Assembly (NCBI GenBank): GCA_040218735.1
Contig: JAVJQW010000038.1
Location: 64,001-128,000 of the forward strand
DNA from: Deltaproteobacteria bacterium
GTDB lineage: Bacteria > Myxococcota > Kuafuiibacteriia > Kuafuiibacteriales > Kuafuiibacteriaceae
Direction of reading: 5' to 3'
Length of the DNA: 64,000 nucleotides
Of the stretch, positions 7,909 through 14,454 are shown in pieces (positions within the stretch are counted from its first letter, which is position 1; each line of letters opens with the position of its first letter). Position numbers and translations under genes: made by a program. Under the pieces are notes generated by a model that saw only the letters and a list, made by a program, of their open reading frames with translations, had not been told where the DNA came from and did not search any database.

Positions 7909-10794
7909 TCAAAGCGTGAGGCCCGGGGGGAGGCCGTCTCCGAAGGCGACGCCCTGGGCGGCCGCGTCGACCTGCACGACCTCGAAGAGCGCGCGCAGCT
8001 CCGCTTCCGGGACGCCGCGCTCTACGAGGTAGTCGTTCACCTTCTTCCGGATCTCCTCGGGCAAGTCGTACTGCCGGTCGCCCGTTACGCGCGCGATCGA
8101 GACCAAACAAGAAGCCGGGTGCTCGTCCTTCGGCCACTTCGGCAGCGTCATCAGCGCCTTCACCCAACCGACCGCAGTCTGCTGGCGCACCGTCGCCTCC
8201 CGCGGGCCGTACAGCAGCTTGCGCGCGCCGATGCGCCCCATGCACCACAACGCCCCGCGCGGCGCCTTTCGCTCGCCGAGCATCTCGAGCAACGCCTCGC
8301 CGAGCTGCGCGCGCGACTTCGCGCCGATGCGCTCCAGCGACGCCGCCGCACGCCACGCCTCGACCGCCTCCTGCGACTTCACCTTCGGAGGCCGACGCCC
8401 CTTCGCGCGCTTCGCCAGCGATGGGATCACCAACGGGAACACCCGCGACGCCAGCTCCTCCTGGTGCCCACGCGACAGTCCTCCCGCCACACGACGCCAC
8501 AGGATCCACCAGTTCAACTGACACGGGTCGTGCGCCGGGAACACCAGACCCGCCCCGTGCACCTTCCACAGCTGACGCACGCGCCAGTCGTCGACCGGCA
8601 CCCCGAACCCCGGACGCAGACAGAACCCCGCGAGGTTCAACCATCGCGTCTCGTGCTCCTTCGCGATCTCTCGTCCGTCCATCCGCTCCAACAGGTGCTC
8701 ACCCAACGCGCGCAACGCCGAGATCGGGAAGTCGTTCCGGCCCAGCCCGAAGTCCTCCTCCAACCCCTTCATCAACGCATCCGGGTGCTCGCGCGGCGGC
8801 TCCGCCTTGAACGTCCGATCGATCCGCGCCTTCGCCGCCTCCAGCTTCTCCGGCGCGACCTCGCCGGACGCGACCGGCAACGCCGAGCCCGCACCGCCGA
8901 ACCCGCCGAGCACGGCGGACCCTCCCGAGGGTTGGTCGACCGCACCCGCCTCCGCGGGCGCCTCCTCCTCCACGTCCGCAGCCCGCACGTCGAACTCCAA
9001 CAAGAACCGCGCCCCGCTCATCTTCGACAGACACGAGAGCTCCAACGTCCCGAGCTCCGTCCGCTTCACCTGGATGCGCACCGGCACCTTCGTGCCCGCC
9101 TTCTGCTTGCCGAACTTCACCACCGTCTGCAGCGGCGGCAACCGATCCAGCTCGTCCTCAGCGAACGTCAGCACCGAACCCACGGCGTCCTTGCGCGGCG
9201 ACGTCGTCGCGTAGATCGGGAACTCCACCGGACGGTTCGTCACCAACGAAAACTCCCGGTTCACCTCGATCCGCTGCCCGTCCTGCATCCCGCGCGGCGC
9301 CACACACAACACCTGCACGGAGCCCTCTTCGACCTCTTCACCGCCGAGGCCCAGGAAGTACGCCCGAGGCGAGCCGCCACCGACACGCAGCCCCAGGCCC
9401 TCGCGCACCAGGCCGAAGTACGCCGCTCCACGCGCCACCGCGAGCTCGAGGACGTCGTCGCCCTCGTCGTAGATCAGCGGACGCGGATCCGGCACTTCGC
9501 CGCCCGCCGTCTGACGCATCCACGCACCGAGCACACTCGAGACCCGATCGCGGATGCGCGTCGGCTTCAGAGCGCCTCCATTGAATAGAATCGCATCGAC
9601 GTGCGCAAACTTCTCCCCCTCCCGCGCGTGCCGCATCAGGAACGCCGCGAGGTGCCGCGTGATCCCGGGGTCCGACGCGTAGGGCAGCCCGACCTCCGAG
9701 AACCCCGCGGTCAGCGCCGCGCGCTTCGGCCGCGCTGCCTCGCCGGGAGGGAGCGCCGGGAAGTAGCCGTCGACCAACGTCGACTCCAGCAGCTCACGCG
9801 TGAGCTCCGCGCGCATCGTGCCGCCGATGAGTTTGCTCCCGCGCCCGGTCACCACGACCGGCAACGACGCCTTGTCGAGGTGCGTGAACAACGTCTCCTT
9901 CGCGAGCCGACACTCGAGCTTCAGCTGCGCCCAACCTTCGGCGTCGAGCTTCTTGCCCTTCGACAGCAGCGGCTCGACCGCGTGCGCCAGCGCGAGGTCC
10001 ATGTTGTCGCCGCCGAGCAGGAGGTGATCACCGACCGCCGTGCGCTCGAACTTCAGCGCGTCACCCTCCGACGGCTGCACCTCCACCATCGTGAAGTCCG
10101 TCGTCCCGCCGCCGACGTCCGCGATGACGATGCGCTCACCGCCCTTCAGCCCGGTCGTCTGCGTCGTGCCTCCGGTCCGCGCGATGTACGCGTAGAACGC
10201 CGCGAGCGGCTCCTCGATCAACGTGATGTTCGCGAGGCGTGCCTTCTTCGCGGCGTCCAACGTCAGCCGGCGCGCGATCTCGTCGAACGACGCAGGCACC
10301 GTCACGACGACGGTCTGCTCCTCCAGGGGCGCGTCCGGGAACTCGTGGTTCCACGCGGCGCGCAGGTGCGAAAGGTAAGCGGCCGCCGCGTCGACCGGTG
10401 AGCACTTCGGCACCTCGTCGGGCGCGTGCCACGGGAGGATCGACGCGGTGCGGTTCACGCCGCCGTGGCAGAGCCAGCTCTTCGCCGACTCGACCAACCG
10501 CACCGGCGTCTTCGCGCCGAGGCGCTTGGCCGCTTCGCCGACGACCGGCGACTTCACGTCGTTGTCTGCCGCCCAGGGGAGGGCGGTGTCCCCCTCGCGC
10601 AGCTCGAAGCCCGCCGGCAGGTACATCGACGACGGCAACAACGACCGCGACTGAAGATCCCCCGCCGCCACGAGCTGCGGCACCGCGAGCTGGTGCAGCA
10701 CGGGCCGCTCCGCCTCGCGCACCTCTTCGACCGACGCGTAGGCGATCGCAGAGTTCGACGTCCCGAGGTCGATGCCGACCACGTAGCGCGTCAC
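7909..10794 (-). CDS. Hsp70/DnaK-like protein with C-terminal extension (DUF3731-like), 961 aa
   Basis: GIDLGTSNS, TVPASFD, EEPLAAFY, DVGGGTTDF, LLGGDNMD; C-terminal WLNLAGFCLRPGFG..DDWR, WWILWRRVAGGL, FGDGLPPGL. GTG 10794 overlaps the upstream stop (GTGA). Confidence 0.9.
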   Translation of the reverse strand: MTRYVVGIDLGTSNSAIAYASVEEVREAERPVLHQLAVPQLVAAGDLQSRSLLPSSMYLPAGFELREGDTALPWAADNDVKSPVVGEAAKRLGAKTPVRLVESAKSWLCHGGVNRTASILPWHAPDEVPKCSPVDAAAAYLSHLRAAWNHEFPDAPLEEQTVVVTVPASFDEIARRLTLDAAKKARLANITLIEEPLAAFYAYIARTGGTTQTTGLKGGERIVIADVGGGTTDFTMVEVQPSEGDALKFERTAVGDHLLLGGDNMDLALAHAVEPLLSKGKKLDAEGWAQLKLECRLAKETLFTHLDKASLPVVVTGRGSKLIGGTMRAELTRELLESTLVDGYFPALPPGEAARPKRAALTAGFSEVGLPYASDPGITRHLAAFLMRHAREGEKFAHVDAILFNGGALKPTRIRDRVSSVLGAWMRQTAGGEVPDPRPLIYDEGDDVLELAVARGAAYFGLVREGLGLRVGGGSPRAYFLGLGGEEVEEGSVQVLCVAPRGMQDGQRIEVNREFSLVTNRPVEFPIYATTSPRKDAVGSVLTFAEDELDRLPPLQTVVKFGKQKAGTKVPVRIQVKRTELGTLELSCLSKMSGARFLLEFDVRAADVEEEAPAEAGAVDQPSGGSAVLGGFGGAGSALPVASGEVAPEKLEAAKARIDRTFKAEPPREHPDALMKGLEEDFGLGRNDFPISALRALGEHLLERMDGREIAKEHETRWLNLAGFCLRPGFGVPVDDWRVRQLWKVHGAGLVFPAHDPCQLNWWILWRRVAGGLSRGHQEELASRVFPLVIPSLAKRAKGRRPPKVKSQEAVEAWRAAASLERIGAKSRAQLGEALLEMLGERKAPRGALWCMGRIGARKLLYGPREATVRQQTAVGWVKALMTLPKWPKDEHPASCLVSIARVTGDRQYDLPEEIRKKVNDYLVERGVPEAELRALFEVVQVDAAAQGVAFGDGLPPGLTL

Positions 10795-12530
10795 GACACC
10801 TCCCGAACGTTGTACTCGAGCTTGAACCGCTGCCCGTCCTGCGCGACCGACCACAGCTCGAGCGTCCCGAGCTCCGTGACGGTCGCCGCCAGCGTCACCG
10901 GGATGACCGTGCCGGGCTCCAGACCGTCCGCCTCGATCGTCGCGGTGATCGGCGCCGTCTCCTCCAGCTGGTCGGGCCAGGTGAACTCGTCGAGCACCAG
11001 GCCGGGCGCGTCGGCTTTGCGGTGGGTCGCGGAGAAGAACCGGAACGTCGCCGGCTCACCGACCACGAGGCCGAGCTGCACCCCCGGCACGTCGATCGAA
11101 GAACCCTCCTCCAACCCGAACGGCACCACACACAGCGCGCGTACCGGCGGCGCGACGCCCGGCACCGCGGGGGCCGCCGTCTCCATCCCGACGTAGTAAC
11201 TGCGCGCTACGCCGCCGCGGATCCGGATGCCGCCGCCCGCGCGCACCGCGCCGTAGTAGGCGGCGCCCTTCGCGACGGCGAGGTCCGTGTCGTCCTCCTC
11301 GAGCACCTGCGGCGCCGTGCCCCAGCTCCCGATGATCTCGATCAGCCGCGCGCGGAGCAGCGCGCTGTTGAAGACACCGCCGTTGAACAACACGTGCGAC
11401 GGCGCACCGTGGCGCGCGAGGAACTGCGCGAGGTGGCGCGTGATCGCCGCGTCCTGCACGAAGGGCAGGCCGATCTCCATGAAGCCCGTGCGCCGCGCCT
11501 CCTGCGGTTTGGCGTCGGCCGCGCAGGCAGGGAAGAAGCCCTCCAGCAGGATGGACTCGAGCTCCGCGCGGAGCAGCTCGGTGCGGATCTTGTTGCCGAT
11601 GAGCTTGCTGCCACGACCGAGGATCGTCAGCGGCACCGACTCCACCGAAGCATCCGTCAGGAGCGTCTCCTTCGCGCGCCGCGCGCCCATCACGAGCGCG
11701 CGCTGCTGCGAAGCGTCGAGTTTCTTGCCGGCGGCCGCGAGCTTCTGCATCAGCGCGTGCGCCAGCGCGAGGTCCATGTTGTCGCCGCCGAGGAGGATGT
11801 GGTCGCCGACCGCGACGCGCTCCAGCTCGAGGTTCCCGCCGCCGTCGTCCTTCACCGCGATCAGCGAGAAGTCCGTGGTGCCGCCGCCGACGTCGCAGAC
11901 CAACACGCGGTCGCCGGAGCTGAGTTTATCGCGCCACCCGTCGCCGACCGACGCGAGCCACGCGTAGAACGCCGCCTGCGGCTCTTCGAGGAGCGTGACG
12001 TTCGGGAGGCCGGCCGTGATCGCCGCCTCTTGCGTCAGCTCTCGCGCGACGGCGTCGAAGCTGGCGGGCACCGTGAGCAAGATGTCTTGCGCATCGAGCT
12101 TCGACTCGTGCGTCGCGTCGTAGGCGTCGCGGAGGTGCTCGAGGTAGCGCACCGCCGCCGTCACCGGGGACACCTTCTCGGTGCCTTCCGGAGCGCCCTG
12201 CGGGAGGATGGGGGCCTGCCGATCCGCACCCGCATGTGACAGCCAGCTCTTCGCCGAAGAGACCAGGCGAAGCGGGACCTCCGAGCCGCGCTCGCGCGCC
12301 GCTTCGCCGACCAGGAACCTCCGGTCCGACGCCCACGGGAGGTCGAGCGAGCCCGCGGGGAGCTCGCCGTCGCTCGCGAGGTAGAGGAACGACGGGAGCG
12401 TCGGGCGCGTCTGCACGTCGCCGGGCTTCACCAGCTGCGTCAGCGCGAAGATCTCCGGAGACGGTGCCTCCGCCGAAGCCACCGTCGCGAGCGCGCAGTT
12501 CGTCGTCCCGAGGTCGATGCCGACGATCAT
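10791..12530 (-). CDS. Hsp70/DnaK-like protein (579 aa)
   Basis: GIDLGTTNC, TVPASFD, EEPQAAFY, DVGGGTTDF, LLGGDNMD, LFNGG, AVAKGAA. Confidence 0.9.
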   Translation of the reverse strand: MIVGIDLGTTNCALATVASAEAPSPEIFALTQLVKPGDVQTRPTLPSFLYLASDGELPAGSLDLPWASDRRFLVGEAARERGSEVPLRLVSSAKSWLSHAGADRQAPILPQGAPEGTEKVSPVTAAVRYLEHLRDAYDATHESKLDAQDILLTVPASFDAVARELTQEAAITAGLPNVTLLEEPQAAFYAWLASVGDGWRDKLSSGDRVLVCDVGGGTTDFSLIAVKDDGGGNLELERVAVGDHILLGGDNMDLALAHALMQKLAAAGKKLDASQQRALVMGARRAKETLLTDASVESVPLTILGRGSKLIGNKIRTELLRAELESILLEGFFPACAADAKPQEARRTGFMEIGLPFVQDAAITRHLAQFLARHGAPSHVLFNGGVFNSALLRARLIEIIGSWGTAPQVLEEDDTDLAVAKGAAYYGAVRAGGGIRIRGGVARSYYVGMETAAPAVPGVAPPVRALCVVPFGLEEGSSIDVPGVQLGLVVGEPATFRFFSATHRKADAPGLVLDEFTWPDQLEETAPITATIEADGLEPGTVIPVTLAATVTELGTLELWSVAQDGQRFKLEYNVREVS

Positions 12531-13111
12531 CAGATCTCGACCTCCGCCGGCGCGATGACCAGCGCGCTGTCCCCCTCACCGACCTTGGGCAGACGGACCG
12601 ACTTCGCGCGCCAGCCCTTGTGTTTCAGCGTGCCGGAGAACGGCGGGCTGCCGACGACGTTGCCGACGAGCCGAACCGCCGCGGGGTCGTAACCCTCGGG
12701 TACGCTGACGAGCGCTTCTTCCTCTTCCTCGCGCACGGGCTCGAGGTCGAAGTGGTCGGCGAGCGCTTTCTTACATCCGCGGTGCACTTCGCGGACCGCC
12801 GCGCCGATGTCCGCGTCGTCGTAGCCCTCGATGTCCTCGGAGAGGAAGTCGAGGAGGCGGCCTTCGCTCTGGAAGATCGCGAGCGCCTGGACGGCGACGG
12901 CCTCGGGTGCGGGGCCGGCGGGCTTCGGGGGCGCCTTCGGTTCGGGCGCCTTCTCCGGCTTGGGCGCGGGTTCGGGTTCGACCGGCTTCGGCGCCTCGGG
13001 CATGGCCTCGGGCGACGGCTCGGGGAGCAGACCCGCGGCGATGACGTCCGGCGGGAGCTTGGCGCCGAACAGCAGCGCAAAGAAGGCGCGAATCGCCAAT
13101 ATCGGATGCAT
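12530..13111 (-). CDS. DUF2760 family protein
   Basis: LAIFQSEGRLLDFLSEDI..DADIGAAVREVHRGC..GYDPAAVRLVGNV.G.PPFSGTLKHKGW..IAPAEVEI; stop overlaps the Hsp70 start (TGATG). Confidence 0.85.
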   Translation of the reverse strand: MHPILAIRAFFALLFGAKLPPDVIAAGLLPEPSPEAMPEAPKPVEPEPAPKPEKAPEPKAPPKPAGPAPEAVAVQALAIFQSEGRLLDFLSEDIEGYDDADIGAAVREVHRGCKKALADHFDLEPVREEEEEALVSVPEGYDPAAVRLVGNVVGSPPFSGTLKHKGWRAKSVRLPKVGEGDSALVIAPAEVEI

Positions 13112-13117
13112 GCGGGC

Positions 13118-13146
13118 GGGTTACGAGAGGGCCCCGTCGGAGTCAA
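13118..13146 (-). promoter_or_regulatory. sigma70-type promoter, leaderless spacing, for DUF2760-Hsp70-Hsp70 operon
   Basis: TTGACT-17 nt-TAACCC then only 6 nt to ATG 13111; no SD. Confidence 0.6.
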
Positions 13147-13355
13147 CGGCTCGGTGCCCGGATCAGCGGCAGGCGGGCGCGTCCGCGTCGGGGAGCACGA
13201 AGAACGCGTAGGATGATGCGGGGACGTAGCGCGCTGAAGGGTCGGCCCCCCGCGGCGGGGTCGCCGTGGCTCGGTGACGTTCCATGCCGGCCGTCAGCAA
13301 CAGGAGGAGGCGCAGGGGCCTGGGACTCGGCGCGGGCATCGGGTGATGCGCGGAG

Positions 13356-13622
13356 TCAGTCGTCGGCGAAGACGCCTTCGACGGAGGCGGCGTCGATGGC
13401 GCGGTCGAGCCAGCGGTCCACGGTCGCGTGGTCGGCGCTCTCGATCCGCGCGGCGAAGTCGTCGGGGACGGCGCCGAAGCGGCGCTCGACGATCCGGCGG
13501 AGGGCGTCGGCGCGACCCAGGGCGATGCCTTCTTCACGACCCTCTTCGCGCCCCTCGGCGCGGCCCCGCTTCAGGCCTTCCTCTCGCCCCTCGTCGATGA
13601 AGCTGTCCGCGAGCGTTCGCAT
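13356..13622 (-). CDS. Putative in-frame internal product (RpnS-like antitoxin, 88 aa)
   Basis: GGGAGAGGAGAGATAC-ATG: strong SD directly before the in-frame Met of MRTLADSFIDEG. Confidence 0.6.
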   Translation of the reverse strand: MRTLADSFIDEGREEGLKRGRAEGREEGREEGIALGRADALRRIVERRFGAVPDDFAARIESADHATVDRWLDRAIDAASVEGVFADD

Positions 13623-14363
13623 GTATCTCTCCTCTCCCGCGCGGCTTCGCTCGGCCGCCCGGTCCCACCACGACCGCGACTCGAGCGGCGCGGTGTACAA
13701 ATGATACCGCAGGATCGACGTGATCGCGCCGCCCTTGCGCTGCCTCGCCAGCTCCGCGAGCGCGTCCGCCCACGCGTCCACGCGGTTCGGCATCGGTACG
13801 CCCCGACCCCGCAGCGCCCACAGCCCGAGGCGAAGAAACGGCGAGCTGGTCCGCCGCGCGATCTCCGTCTCTGGCACCAGGCTCAACGCATCGACGATCA
13901 GCACCAACTCACATACCGGATGCCCGAGCGCGCGCTCCAACGCCCCCGCACCGACGATCAGCTCCGACAACCGCCGCGGCGCCGTCCATTGTCCCGGCCC
14001 TTGGAACACCACGATCGGCACGAACAACGGCAGCCGCTTCGCGCCCCCGGCCAAGTGCCGCTCCCACAGCCACACTGCGAGCCTAAGCATCCGGTACGCC
14101 ATCATCGGGTCCGGCGTGCTCTGGTGCTCGAAGGCAAACCACACCAGTGCTTCGCCGTCGTCCTTCAACCGCGCTCGGTAGATGACGTCCGATGCGCGCA
14201 TCTCGAGCCCCGGCGCGACCACCTCGGCGCGCTCCTGACGCAAGGTCTCCCAGTCGATCGCCTCGACCACCGACGCCGGCAGCAACGCGGCGACCTCGTC
14301 GCGCACGTGCTCCGGGATCGAGAACAGCCGCTTGAAGAGGGCGTCGTGCGGCGTCCGCGTCAC
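13356..14363 (-). CDS. Rpn family recombination-promoting nuclease/putative transposase (YhgA-like PD-(D/E)XK) with DUF4351-like C-terminus
   Basis: PHDALFKRLFS, SDVIY, FEHQSTPDPMMAYRMLR, LPLFVPIVVFQGPGQW, EGREEG repeats, RRFGAVP..RIESAD..DRWLDR. Confidence 0.9.
   Translation of the reverse strand: MTRTPHDALFKRLFSIPEHVRDEVAALLPASVVEAIDWETLRQERAEVVAPGLEMRASDVIYRARLKDDGEALVWFAFEHQSTPDPMMAYRMLRLAVWLWERHLAGGAKRLPLFVPIVVFQGPGQWTAPRRLSELIVGAGALERALGHPVCELVLIVDALSLVPETEIARRTSSPFLRLGLWALRGRGVPMPNRVDAWADALAELARQRKGGAITSILRYHLYTAPLESRSWWDRAAERSRAGEERYMRTLADSFIDEGREEGLKRGRAEGREEGREEGIALGRADALRRIVERRFGAVPDDFAARIESADHATVDRWLDRAIDAASVEGVFADD
13527..13592 (-). repeat. Degenerate 12-nt (4-aa) tandem repeats EGRE/EGLK/RGRA/EGRE/EGRE in rpn
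   Basis: Translation DEGREEGLKRGRAEGREEGREEG. Confidence 0.7.
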
Positions 14364-14375
14364 GCCGTCCGCAAG

Positions 14376-14392
14376 AGCAACCCGCGCGCCAA
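14376..14392 (-). promoter_or_regulatory. sigma54 (-24/-12) promoter upstream of rpn
   Basis: TTGGCGCGCGGGTTGCT matches TGGCRC-N5-TTGCW (GG-N10-GC); predicted +1 lies about 2 nt before GTG 14363. Confidence 0.6.
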
Positions 14393-14454
14393 CCGCGCAC
14401 CCACGAAGACTCGCGAGCTCCGTCCGATAATCGAACGACGTCCGAAAACCGAAC

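Noticed and set aside
9979-11792. 39-bp exact direct repeat (9979-10017 and 11754-11792)
   Set aside because: Encodes the conserved LGGDNMDLALAHA motif of the two Hsp70 paralogues; explained by paralogy and codon bias.
13163-13339. 58-aa ORF MPAPSPRPLRLLLLL.. downstream of rpn
   Set aside because: No SD, no recognisable motif, atypical codons; could be a remnant but is unsupported.
13356-14363. rpn as an IS element/transposase
   Set aside because: No terminal inverted repeats or target duplication seen; the family is not shown to transpose.
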